Shown: positions 48,825 through 58,446 of the stretch, piece by piece | Layout: each line of letters begins with the position of its first letter | How positions within the stretch are numbered: the stretch's first letter is position 1 | Origin: Vicinamibacteria bacterium | GTDB lineage: Bacteria > Acidobacteriota > Vicinamibacteria > Marinacidobacterales > Marinacidobacteraceae | NCBI GenBank assembly: GCA_963422395.1 | Contig: OY729431.1 | Span: 1,056,001-1,120,000, forward strand | Length of the DNA stretch: 64,000 nucleotides | Reading direction: 5' to 3' | The notes under the pieces: generated by a model | Told to the model about the DNA's origin: nothing | Seen by the model: the letters and a program-made list of their open reading frames with translations, nothing else | Databases searched by the model: none | Made by a program: the position numbers and the translations under genes

Positions 48825-51005
48825 ATGATCCGGTTCGAGGCGATTCGAGACAGAGTCCGCGCCTATCAGCCGGACGCTGACTTCGATCTTTTGCGTCGAG
48901 CCTATGTCGTGGCGGCGCAGGCGCACGGCGGACAGGTGCGCCGGTCGGGTGAGCCCTATTTGAGCCATCCTCTCGAGGTCGCGGGAATCCTCGCCGACCT
49001 GAAACTGGACATCGTGTCCGTCGCCTGCGGGTTTCTCCACGATGTGGTCGAGGACACCGAGGTCACGATCGACGAGATCGAAACCCGTTTCGGGCGCGAT
49101 GTGAAGCGCGTCATCGCCGGGTTGACCAAGTTGAGCCGAGTGGATTTCAGCTCTGCCGAGGCCAACCAGGCGGAAAATGTCCGCAAGATGATCATCGCGA
49201 TGACCGATGACACTCGAGTCATTCTGATCAAGCTCGCCGACCGCTTGCACAACATGCGGACGCTCGACTATCTGCGGGCGGAGAAGCGCCAGCGGATCGC
49301 CAAGGAAACCCTCGAGGTGTACGCACCGATCTCTGGCCGCCTGGGAATGGGGCGTATCGAAGCCGAGCTGCAGGACCTTTCGCTTCGTCATCTCGAGCCC
49401 CAGACCTACCGTGTTCTCGAAACCAGGGTAAATGCCAAGAAACGCTGGGCAGAGGACTTCATTCGCGACATCAGCCGCACGCTCAGGAAGCAGCTTCAAG
49501 CGGAAGAAATTCCGGGAGAACTTTCGGGCCGCACGAAGAGCATCTACTCCATCCACGAGAAAATGCATCGCCAGGACATCGAGCTGGACCAGATGTACGA
49601 CTTCATCGCTCTTCGACTCGTCACCGACACGGTGCCCCACTGCTATGCCGCACTCGGAGTGGTTCACAACTCGTGGAAACCCATCCCGGGACGGATCAAG
49701 GACTTCATCGCCATGCCGCGGGAGAACGGATACCAGTCGTTGCACACCAGCCTACTGGCCGATTCCGGCACCCATTTCGAGGTCCAGATCCGCACTGCGG
49801 ACATGCATCGGGTGGCCGAGGAGGGCATCGCAGCTCATTGGGGTTACAAGTCGTCGGCGACGTATGGCGAACAGGATGTCAAGCGTTTCGCCTGGCTGCG
49901 CCAGGTACTCGAATGGCAGAAGGAAGTCGAGGATCCTCACGAGTTCCTGAGCAGCCTGAAGATCGACCTGTACCCGGAAGAAGTCCATTGCTTCACCCCG
50001 CGGGGTGAAGTCAAGTCGCTGCCGCGGGGTGCCACGCTGATCGATTTCGCTTACGCCATACACACCGAGGTCGGTCACGGTTGTGTCGGTGCTCGGGTCA
50101 ACGGTGCGATGGCACCGCTCCGCTACGAACTCCGAAACGGCGACATATGCGAAATCCTGACCCGCAAGAATCACCTGCCGAGTGAAAATTGGCTGAAGAT
50201 CGTCAAGACGAACCGCGCCCGGGGCAAGATCCGAGCGCGTCTGAACGCTGAAGCGAAGCGGGAGAGCATCGAGATCGGAAGAAAACTGATCGAGAAGGAA
50301 GCGCGCGCGCACGGTCTGAGCCTGCGTCGGGTCTTCTCCGCGGAAGGGCTGCCCGAGGCGCTGAAACGCAACGGCGCAGCGAACCCCGACGACCTCTTCG
50401 CGGCCATCGGATACGGGAAACTCTCCCCTTCGCGTGCGCTCGCCGACTGCTTCCCGCTACAGAAGATCGACTTCGGAACTCCCCCGATGGGAGCAGGCGC
50501 CGGAATCGCTCGCGCGGTACGACGGATCATCGGCCGCGAGCGGGGGCAAATCCTGGTCAGCGGACAGAACGACATTCTCGTGCATCGGGCGAACTGCTGT
50601 TCGCCCCTGCCTGGTGAAGCGATCTCCGGCTATATCACGAAAGGAAAGGGGGTTGCCGTCCATACCGCGAAGTGTTCGCAGCTAGCCGAACTGGTGCGCG
50701 ACCCAGAGCGGCAGGTGCCGGTCTCCTGGAAATCCACCACCGGAGCGCGGTACGAGGCTGGATTCCTCGTCCGGGTCGAAAACCGCAAGGGAATGCTCGC
50801 CGATATAACCAAGGTCATCGCCGAGGCCGATACCGATATTCGCGCCTTCGAGGGCTCTGCCGATGACGCCGAGCGGGGGGCCATCCGGGTGCGGGTTGCG
50901 GTCCAGAATGCGAAGGAGGTCGGTGCTATCGCGCGCCTGATCCAGGATGTGCCTGGAGTCATCGAGGTCCATCGAGGCAGCCCTCCCCGTTCCAGCGCGG
51001 CCTAA
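48825..51005 (+). CDS. spoT: Bifunctional (p)ppGpp synthetase/hydrolase (long RSH)
   Basis: HD domain (GEPYLSHP, LHDVVEDT, KLADRLHNMRTL), synthetase (NGYQSLHT, EVQIRT), TGS, CC and ACT domains. Confidence 0.95.
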   Translation: MIRFEAIRDRVRAYQPDADFDLLRRAYVVAAQAHGGQVRRSGEPYLSHPLEVAGILADLKLDIVSVACGFLHDVVEDTEVTIDEIETRFGRDVKRVIAGLTKLSRVDFSSAEANQAENVRKMIIAMTDDTRVILIKLADRLHNMRTLDYLRAEKRQRIAKETLEVYAPISGRLGMGRIEAELQDLSLRHLEPQTYRVLETRVNAKKRWAEDFIRDISRTLRKQLQAEEIPGELSGRTKSIYSIHEKMHRQDIELDQMYDFIALRLVTDTVPHCYAALGVVHNSWKPIPGRIKDFIAMPRENGYQSLHTSLLADSGTHFEVQIRTADMHRVAEEGIAAHWGYKSSATYGEQDVKRFAWLRQVLEWQKEVEDPHEFLSSLKIDLYPEEVHCFTPRGEVKSLPRGATLIDFAYAIHTEVGHGCVGARVNGAMAPLRYELRNGDICEILTRKNHLPSENWLKIVKTNRARGKIRARLNAEAKRESIEIGRKLIEKEARAHGLSLRRVFSAEGLPEALKRNGAANPDDLFAAIGYGKLSPSRALADCFPLQKIDFGTPPMGAGAGIARAVRRIIGRERGQILVSGQNDILVHRANCCSPLPGEAISGYITKGKGVAVHTAKCSQLAELVRDPERQVPVSWKSTTGARYEAGFLVRVENRKGMLADITKVIAEADTDIRAFEGSADDAERGAIRVRVAVQNAKEVGAIARLIQDVPGVIEVHRGSPPRSSAA

Positions 51006-51102
51006 ACAGCCTGTGGAAAAAGTCACACGGCCGTCGACTGGCGATGCCCGCAGTTCTCCCGGTGGGGGCGCGGCGAAGTCCCGACCGGGAGAACGGGGCT
51101 GA
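51006..51102 (+). mobile_element. Internally deleted MITE-A derivative between convergent stop codons
   Basis: ACAGCCTGTGGAAAAAGTCACACGGCC...GCGATGCCC matches the MITE left arm; hairpin GTTCTCCCGGT / ACCGGGAGAAC; ends GGGGCTGA-CTA. Confidence 0.8.
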
Positions 51103-52524
51103 CTACGCCGGTGCCCCCGCCGGCCTCTGCTCCTGCTGTCGTGCGAGCCGGCGGAGTAGCTGATGACTGTAGATTCCGGTCTCGTGCCCGTCGCTCCAAT
51201 GGATCTGGACCCCGTAGTTTCCGATCGGGACGAGCTGCTTCGGAGCGAAGGCGCTGGGTAGTAGCAGGGTGAGAGACCGGCGATGGCCACTCCACTCATC
51301 CACACAGGTCGCGCAAGGGCAGTGATTCCGCAAGTATTCGAAATCCAGCCGATCCTGCCGGCCATCGTTCCAGCGGACCACGATCCTGTCGTCTTCAACG
51401 CGAATCGACTCCGCCGCCCCGACCCGTTCCCCGTGGTTCGAACGGGCGACTTCGAGGGAAACGCGGCGAGCGATCTCCCGGTATGCCGCCGCTGCCGGAC
51501 TGTCGGGATCCCGGAGCACCGTGGGCTTGCCGCTGTCTCCCGCGGCGACTACCCGGGGATCGAGCGGCACGCTGCCGAGAAACGGGAGTTCCAGGTCCCG
51601 AGCCACCTCTGTTCCGCCGCCGCTCGAGAAGATGTCGGTCGTCTGGCCGCAATGGGGGCAGGCGAAAGAACTCATGTTCTCGATCACGCCGAGGACCGGC
51701 ACTCCGACGGGTTGGAACATGCGGAGACCCTTCTCCGCGATGATTCTCGCCACTGCCTGGGGGGTCGTGACGATCACCGCTCCGGCGAGCGCGGCCGTCT
51801 GGGCGATCGTGAGCTGGACATCTCCGGTGCCGGGCGGGAGATCCACCAGGAGGTAGTCGAGATCGCCCCACACCACTCCGGAGAAGAACTGCTGCACCAG
51901 ACGAGACGCCATGGGGCCCCTCCAGATCACCGGCGTTTCCTTCGAAGAGAGCATTCCCATCGAAATGAAACGAACTCCGTAGACTTCGAGGGGAAGTAAT
52001 CGGCGGTGTTCGTCGGTGGCCGGCCGGTCATCCTTTCCGAACATCGTGGTCTGCGACGGCCCGTACACATCGGCGTCGAGGAGACCCACCCGGACGCCCT
52101 CGGCCGCCAAGGCTGCCGCGAGGTTGGCGGACACCGTGCTCTTCCCCACTCCGCCCTTTCCGGAGGCGATGGCGACCACATTCCGGACTCCCTCCGGTTT
52201 CGTGGGGGAAGTCTTCGGCCCGCGCCGCGCTGTCTCGTGCTCTTCCCCGACTTCGGGGAGGCTGGAGGCCGTCACCTGGGTCCGGACGACGATCTCGGCT
52301 CGGGTGATCCCCGGCAGGGCGAGCAGGGCTCTTTGCGCCTGCTCCCGAATCATCTCGGCGGCGGCACTGCCCACATTGGGCAGAACGACTGCGGCGCTTA
52401 CTGCCGGAGCGCAAATCCGGAGATCACTCACTTGTCCCAGTTCCACGATGTTCGCGCCGGAGAACTCGGGATTCCCGACAGCGCTGAGCGCCTCGATGAG
52501 CTGTTGGCGGCTGGGTGAGGGCAT
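51103..52524 (-). CDS. mrp: Mrp/ApbC Fe-S carrier ATPase with N-terminal DUF59 and C-terminal DUF971 (HCF101-like)
   Basis: GKGGVGKST, DADVYGPS, WRGPM, DLPPGTGD, CPHC; C-terminal LRNHCPCATC...GNYG...HETGIYS. Confidence 0.9.
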   Translation of the reverse strand: MPSPSRQQLIEALSAVGNPEFSGANIVELGQVSDLRICAPAVSAAVVLPNVGSAAAEMIREQAQRALLALPGITRAEIVVRTQVTASSLPEVGEEHETARRGPKTSPTKPEGVRNVVAIASGKGGVGKSTVSANLAAALAAEGVRVGLLDADVYGPSQTTMFGKDDRPATDEHRRLLPLEVYGVRFISMGMLSSKETPVIWRGPMASRLVQQFFSGVVWGDLDYLLVDLPPGTGDVQLTIAQTAALAGAVIVTTPQAVARIIAEKGLRMFQPVGVPVLGVIENMSSFACPHCGQTTDIFSSGGGTEVARDLELPFLGSVPLDPRVVAAGDSGKPTVLRDPDSPAAAAYREIARRVSLEVARSNHGERVGAAESIRVEDDRIVVRWNDGRQDRLDFEYLRNHCPCATCVDEWSGHRRSLTLLLPSAFAPKQLVPIGNYGVQIHWSDGHETGIYSHQLLRRLARQQEQRPAGAPA

Positions 52525-52644
52525 GGATTCGACTCGAGAGAGGATGGCGGCGGTTCTTCTGCGCCGTTGGTCAGGAAGTGGCTGCCGTTTAGGATACTCG
52601 GAGGGCAGTGTCTTTGTGCTGTTCGCAAGAAAAAGGAGTCGCCC

Positions 52645-55008
52645 GTGAGTCCAGACCGACCGATCCGCCATGAGATCGAACTGCCGGGGATCGCCCTTCG
52701 AATAGCTGCCTCGGCGGTGCTGGTTCTGCTTTCTGTAGCTGTCGGGAACGCGGCGCGCGCCGAAGCGCAGGAAGCCGGGGAGGAGACAGAAGGACAGGCC
52801 GGCGCGCAGGCGGAGGAGGAGGCAGAAGCGGCTGAAGAGCCGCTCCGCTACTCCGAAACAGTGGTGGTTTCCGCTTCACGCGTCGAACAGGAGCTGGTGA
52901 ACGCTCCGGCCACCGTCACCGTCATCGACTCCGAACTCATCGAAACCCAGGCGTCGAGTAACTTCGGCGATCTGATCCGGCAGGCTCCGGGCGTCAATGT
53001 GACCCAGTTGTCGAACCGGGACTTCAATGTCACGAGCCGCGCCAACTCCGGCACTCTCGCCACTTCTCAGCTGGTACTGGTGGACGGCCGCTCCGTATAT
53101 CAGGACTTCTTCGGTTTCGTCGCCTGGGACCTCATTCCGGTCGGCGTCGAAGATCTCGACCGAATCGAGGTGGTCAACGGCCCCGCTTCCGCGGTCTGGG
53201 GCGCCAATGCGATGAGTGGAGTGGTGAACTTGATCACCAAGGCGCCGCGCGACACCGAGGGGTTCACCCTCGATCTTCGCATGGGAACCTTCGACCGCAA
53301 TGTCACCGGACGCGAAATGGACCCCGGAAGCCTCCTTTCCGGGACTCTCACCCACGCCCGGGCAGTGAGCGATCAGCTGGCCTATCGGGTCAGCCTCGGT
53401 TTCACTCGCCAGGGCGCATTCGCCCGGCCCTTCGGCGAGATTCCCAATGACACGGGGACCGTGTATCCGCCGATCGAGGGCGTCGACGCCCAAATGCCGA
53501 AGCTGGATTTCCGGGTGGACTGGGATGCCCCCGACCGCTCAGCCGGCTTCAGGGTTTCCGGAGGCTATGCGGGAACCCAGGGGATGATGCATTCCGGGCT
53601 CGGGCCGTTCCAGATCCGTCCCGGCTCCCGCATGGCGTACGGGAGAGTGCAATATCTGCGCGGCTCTCTGGAAGTGGGTGCCTTCGTGAATTCGACGGCT
53701 TCAGAGTTCGACGCCATCCTCGTCCAGGATCCCGCCGGAGCCACGATCGAGTCCCATGTGCGCTCGAACACCTACGACCTGAGCCTCAAGGACAGCCGCT
53801 TGCTCGGTAGTCGGCACATCGTCAGCTACGGCGCCAGCTTCCGTTTCGTCACGCTGGACATGAGCATCGCCCCGCGCGGTGACGGGCGCAACGAGCAGGG
53901 CTTCTATCTGAACGACGAGATCTTCCTGGGAAACCGATTCCGCTGGATCATCGGCGCCCGCGCCGACCGGATCAGCGTTCTCGACGAGTTCGCGATTTCT
54001 CCCCGCACGACGCTCATCTTCAAGCCCGCGCCCGAACACGCCCTCCGCATCTCATACAGCCAGGCGTTTCGTGCCCCCTCGCTGGTCAACAACTTCATGG
54101 AAGTGGATATCTCACAGCCAGCCGAGTTCGATCTGCGGCCCGCCATCCGCGGCTTCTTCCCCGGACTCGGTATTCCTGACAGTGCGCTTCCCCAGCCGGT
54201 CCTCTATCGCGTCCCCTTCGTGGCGACAGGATCCTCCGGCCTGTTGCCGGAAACCCTGACCGCCTGGGAGATCGGTTGGTCGGGCGCCCTCTCCACGAGA
54301 GTCGGTGCCACCGCGGCGTTCTACATCAACCGCACCCGGGACACGATCGATTTCACCGATAGCGAGTTCTGGTCCGGGGCGAACCCTCCTGCCGGCTGGA
54401 ACGAAGCCTTTGCCGCAACGAGTGACTTCTTCAAGGGCGTCTCGGCAGCGCTCCCTCCGGGTACATTGCCGCCGTCGGTGGCGGCGGTCGGCGAAAACCC
54501 TGCGGCCCTCATCGACCTGCTGGGCAGTTTGGCGGATGTGCGGCTCCCGGCAGTCTTCACTTATGTGAATCGGGATTCCCTCACGAACCGCGGCCTCGAG
54601 CTCGGCCTGCACGCCCACCTCGCCTCCAACCTGGGCGGCTATCTCAACTATTCGTGGCAGGGCACCCCCCAAGTGACCGGTTACGCCGAGGACGAACTCG
54701 CCGAAGTCAGCAGGCCGCCGAAACACCGTTGGAACGCAGGCCTCGACGCGTCGTTCGGGCGGATGCGGTTGGGCGCCTCCGTGAACTACGCGGACCGTGC
54801 CCGCTGGACCGATGTGTTGACTGCCGAGTACCACGGCTGGACCGAGTCGTACACCATGGTGAATACCACCGTCGGGGTGAACCTGCTCGAAGGGCGATTC
54901 CGGCCGTCGATCCGGATCATCAATCTGCTGAACCAGGAGATCCAGCAGCACATCTTCGGCGATGTCCTGAGACGCCAGGTCATCGGACAGCTGCGCTATC
55001 AGTTCTGA
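52645..55008 (+). CDS. TonB-dependent receptor
   Basis: Signal peptide, TonB box ETVVVSASR, LVDGR, RIEVVNGPASAVWGANAMSGVVNLITK, terminal LRYQF. Confidence 0.93.
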   Translation: MSPDRPIRHEIELPGIALRIAASAVLVLLSVAVGNAARAEAQEAGEETEGQAGAQAEEEAEAAEEPLRYSETVVVSASRVEQELVNAPATVTVIDSELIETQASSNFGDLIRQAPGVNVTQLSNRDFNVTSRANSGTLATSQLVLVDGRSVYQDFFGFVAWDLIPVGVEDLDRIEVVNGPASAVWGANAMSGVVNLITKAPRDTEGFTLDLRMGTFDRNVTGREMDPGSLLSGTLTHARAVSDQLAYRVSLGFTRQGAFARPFGEIPNDTGTVYPPIEGVDAQMPKLDFRVDWDAPDRSAGFRVSGGYAGTQGMMHSGLGPFQIRPGSRMAYGRVQYLRGSLEVGAFVNSTASEFDAILVQDPAGATIESHVRSNTYDLSLKDSRLLGSRHIVSYGASFRFVTLDMSIAPRGDGRNEQGFYLNDEIFLGNRFRWIIGARADRISVLDEFAISPRTTLIFKPAPEHALRISYSQAFRAPSLVNNFMEVDISQPAEFDLRPAIRGFFPGLGIPDSALPQPVLYRVPFVATGSSGLLPETLTAWEIGWSGALSTRVGATAAFYINRTRDTIDFTDSEFWSGANPPAGWNEAFAATSDFFKGVSAALPPGTLPPSVAAVGENPAALIDLLGSLADVRLPAVFTYVNRDSLTNRGLELGLHAHLASNLGGYLNYSWQGTPQVTGYAEDELAEVSRPPKHRWNAGLDASFGRMRLGASVNYADRARWTDVLTAEYHGWTESYTMVNTTVGVNLLEGRFRPSIRIINLLNQEIQQHIFGDVLRRQVIGQLRYQF

Positions 55009-55062
55009 CAGAGTCCGCGCCGTGCGGGCCCCCGCCCGCCTGCCCGAAAGCGCGCGCTACCG

Positions 55063-57096
55063 CTAGTTCTCGTCGGCAGCGCCCTTCGGCGGCTTCAGGT
55101 AGCGATCGAACCAATCGAGGTACCGCTCGTAACGGTCCTTCACGAACGATGGCAGCCGGATGCCGTGGCTCTGTCCGGGATAGATGATGAGGCGGGTGGG
55201 CACCCCGAGCCGTCTCAGGCTCTGGTAGAGGTTCTCCGACTGGCTCAGCGGGACATTCCAGTCCTGCTCACCGCAGAGCACGAGGGTGGGGGTGGTTACC
55301 TGGTGCACGCTGGAGATGGGGGACAGGCGGTTGTAGAGATCGGGGCTTTCCCAAGGCAGCCCGAGTTCCATCTCCCATTCGAGCTGGTAGTGATCGTTGC
55401 CGTAGGCCGCCCGGTAATCGGTTTCGCTGGCGCCGGTCACGGCTGCCCGGAAACGGTTGGTCTTGGTGATCACATAGTTGGTGAGGATGCCTCCGTAGCT
55501 CCAGCCCCCCACTCCCAGCCGATCCGGATCCGCATAGCCGAGCCCGATCAGGTGGTCTATCGCCGCATTCACATCCTCGTAGTCGAGGTTGCCCCAGTCG
55601 GCCCAGATCGCGTGGGAGAACGCCTCGCCCCTCCCCGAGGATCCTCGGGGGTTCGCGGCGACCACCAGATAGCCGCTCGCGGCGAACACCTGCCAGATGG
55701 ACTGAAACGCCGTCGAGAACTGCGACACCGGCCCGCCGTGGATCCAGAGGATCGTGGGGTAGCGTTTTCCAGCCTCGAAGTCGGGCGGCTTGGTAACGAA
55801 ACCCTGGATCTCGGTTCCGTCCGAACTGGGGAAAGTGATTCGCTCCACCTCGGAAAGCCGCACCTCGGCGAGCAGGGCGTCGTTTTCCCGGGTCAGCCGG
55901 CGCGGCTCGCTACCTCGCGTCCAGCCGATCACTTCGGGCGGTCGATGCGGGGTGGCAGCGACTGCTACCGCCCGCTCCCCCACGACTTCCAGATCCCGGA
56001 CATCCCGCTCTCCGGCGAGGACCCGGTCGAAGGCAGCATCCGGTGCCAGGGAAAACGAAGCGAGGTGACGGTTGCCGGCGTCCTCGAGGAGGGCGAAGAC
56101 CGAGCCGGAGTCGGTGCCGAAACGCGGGCTCGAGAGGTTGCGGTCCAGCGCCGCGGCGAGATGGATCACCTCGTCGGTCGCCCGGTCGAGGGCGAACAGG
56201 TGCTCGGTGGCGTACCAGATTCGTTCGGGTTTGCGGTTGCCGGTGTGGACGACGAAGCGTCCATCGGGGCTGAAGACGGGAGACCGGTCCGGCCCGGGGT
56301 TGCTGGTGAGCCGCACCGGTCCGGTCGTCTCGCCGCCGTTCCGCGGAATCAGGAAGATGTCGGAGTTGTCGGTGGCGTCCGGATCCCCTTCCAGTGGGCG
56401 GACGCTCACGAAGGCGATCTCCGAACCGTCTGGAGAAAAGACCGGCGAGACATCGTCATAGGGTCCGAAGGTCCGTTGCTCGTGTGACCCGTCGCTGCTG
56501 TCCACGAGATAGAGATGGCGGCGGCGGTCGTCGAGATATCCCCGTCCGTCGCGCTTGAACTGCAGGCGATCGATCACCAGCGGCGCTGGCTCGGGTTCGC
56601 TCCCCTCGGCCGGCTGGTTCGGGTCCGGGTCCATGGAAACGACGACCAGCGCCGTTCCGTCTGGAGCCCAGGAGAAGGAGGAAACCCCTCCGGGCAGGTC
56701 GCTCAGGGCTCGTGCCTCGCCGCCGGCGAGCGGCAACAGCCAGACCTGAGTCTTCCCGCGGTCGCCGGAACTCAGGAAGGCGAGCTGCGAGCCGTCGGGA
56801 CGGAACCGAGGGTGGGAAACCGAGCGGTCCGCCCGGGTCAGCGCCCTCGAATCGCCTCCGGCGAAGGGCACGAGGTGGATTCGGCTCGCCGACTCGTTCT
56901 CCTCGAGGTCGATCCGGGAGACCACATAGACGACCTGCTCCCCGTCCGGCGACAGTTGCGGGTCGGAAACCGAGGCGATCCCGAGAGCGTCCCCGACGGT
57001 GAAGTTCCGGTGCTGTCCGGCCGCCGGAGAGGCCAGCAGGACCGCGAATCCGAGAACCGCGAAGGGACCTCGCAAGTTGAGGATGGAATCCGTCAT
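55063..57096 (-). CDS. Secreted S9 (prolyl oligopeptidase / acylaminoacyl peptidase) family peptidase
   Basis: PD40 propeller repeats, IHGGP, GGWSYGG, GEQDWNVP, YPGQSH. Confidence 0.92.
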   Translation of the reverse strand: MTDSILNLRGPFAVLGFAVLLASPAAGQHRNFTVGDALGIASVSDPQLSPDGEQVVYVVSRIDLEENESASRIHLVPFAGGDSRALTRADRSVSHPRFRPDGSQLAFLSSGDRGKTQVWLLPLAGGEARALSDLPGGVSSFSWAPDGTALVVVSMDPDPNQPAEGSEPEPAPLVIDRLQFKRDGRGYLDDRRRHLYLVDSSDGSHEQRTFGPYDDVSPVFSPDGSEIAFVSVRPLEGDPDATDNSDIFLIPRNGGETTGPVRLTSNPGPDRSPVFSPDGRFVVHTGNRKPERIWYATEHLFALDRATDEVIHLAAALDRNLSSPRFGTDSGSVFALLEDAGNRHLASFSLAPDAAFDRVLAGERDVRDLEVVGERAVAVAATPHRPPEVIGWTRGSEPRRLTRENDALLAEVRLSEVERITFPSSDGTEIQGFVTKPPDFEAGKRYPTILWIHGGPVSQFSTAFQSIWQVFAASGYLVVAANPRGSSGRGEAFSHAIWADWGNLDYEDVNAAIDHLIGLGYADPDRLGVGGWSYGGILTNYVITKTNRFRAAVTGASETDYRAAYGNDHYQLEWEMELGLPWESPDLYNRLSPISSVHQVTTPTLVLCGEQDWNVPLSQSENLYQSLRRLGVPTRLIIYPGQSHGIRLPSFVKDRYERYLDWFDRYLKPPKGAADEN

Positions 57097-57157
57097 TGCC
57101 GGACCTCCCGTGACTTCGTCCGCATGACCGGAAGTGGTGATCTCCCGCCGCGGCGGC

Positions 57158-58216
57158 TCAGCGATAGGAAGCGACGGCCTCGTCGAGGACCTCCGGCGGC
57201 GGGCGGAGCTGTTCCTCGCCCAAGAGTGCGAGCGGCTCGTCCGTGAGTTCCAGAGTATCGAGGAGGGTGCGCTTCTCCGTGTTCAGGTAGAGGAGTCCGG
57301 TCAGGAAGAGGTCCTTCTCGTTGGCTTCCAGCATGAGTTCTCGGACCGCGCGCCGGTTCGTGGGGTCGTAGTCACGCTCCAGTTTGCCGAGCCGGACCCG
57401 GGACCCGTCGTGGAGCTGGACTTCCTGCACCGTGCCTTCGGCATACTCGACTTCGATCTGCTCGAACGAAGGGACGAAGTCCACCATGTGGATGGGCTCT
57501 TCGTTGTCCTTGCCCCAGGTGTAGCTCTTCGTCGAGCCGGCGTGGTTGTTGAAGGTGACGCAAGGGCTCAGGATGTCGAGGACCGCGGTGCCGTTGTGGG
57601 CGAGAGCGCCGCGCAGCAGTGCCACGAGCTGCTTCGGATCCCCCGCGAACGACCGGGCTACATAGGTCGCGCCGAGTTCGACCGCCATCCCGCAAAGGTC
57701 GATGTTCGGCAATCGGTTCACCTCGCCCGAGCGGAGCGCGGCGTTTTCGTCGGCGGTGGCCGAAAACTGTCCCTTGGTCAATCCGTACACCCCGTTGTTC
57801 TCCACGATGTACAGGAGCGGCAAATTGCGCCGCACCAGGTGGACGAACTGGCCGATGCCGATGGAAGCGGTGTCCCCGTCACCGGAAACTCCCACCGCGA
57901 TCAGCCGGCGGTTGGCGAGCACGGCGCCGGTGGCCACCGAGGGCATGCGGCCGTGGACTGCGTTGAAGCCGTGACTATGGTTCAGGAAGTAGGCCGGAGT
58001 CTTGGAAGAACAGCCGATTCCGGAGAGCTTGGCCACTTCGTGGGGTCGCACCTCGGACTCGAAGAAGGCGCGGATGAGCTGGTTCGAGATCGCGTCGTGC
58101 CCGCACCCCTTGCAGAGGGTGGACGGCTTGCCTTTGTAGTCGCTCGCGGTCAGCCCGAGCCGGTTGGTCCGGCGGGGCCCTCGGCGCGCTCCGGCGGCGG
58201 TCGCTTCGTCAGTCAT
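57158..58216 (-). CDS. korB: 2-oxoacid:ferredoxin oxidoreductase beta subunit
   Basis: LCKGCGH, SGIGCSSK, HGR, GDGD, NNGVYGLTKGQ, SPCVTFN. Confidence 0.92.
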   Translation of the reverse strand: MTDEATAAGARRGPRRTNRLGLTASDYKGKPSTLCKGCGHDAISNQLIRAFFESEVRPHEVAKLSGIGCSSKTPAYFLNHSHGFNAVHGRMPSVATGAVLANRRLIAVGVSGDGDTASIGIGQFVHLVRRNLPLLYIVENNGVYGLTKGQFSATADENAALRSGEVNRLPNIDLCGMAVELGATYVARSFAGDPKQLVALLRGALAHNGTAVLDILSPCVTFNNHAGSTKSYTWGKDNEEPIHMVDFVPSFEQIEVEYAEGTVQEVQLHDGSRVRLGKLERDYDPTNRRAVRELMLEANEKDLFLTGLLYLNTEKRTLLDTLELTDEPLALLGEEQLRPPPEVLDEAVASYR

Positions 58217-58256
58217 GGTCTCGCATGGTTTCGCTCCCTAAAGTTCTCGATGCCTA

Positions 58257-58446
58257 GCAGCCTGTGGATGAAGTGGCGCGAGCCCCAAGGTCGGGGAGGC
58301 GCCCGGCGGACAAGGCGCGATTCGGGAGGCATACCGGGTGTATTCCGACGGAATCGCAACGCCGAGCGAAGCGGTTCAGCCGGGGCCCCCACCGGGAGAA
58401 CTGGGCATCGCCGGCCTTTGGCCGTGTGACTTTGTCCACAGGCTGC
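58257..58446 (-). mobile_element. MITE family A, copy 4 (190 bp), inserted in the korA stop codon
   Basis: TA 58255-56 and 58447-48; TIRs GCAGCCTGTGGA / TCCACAGGCTGC. Confidence 0.92.
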
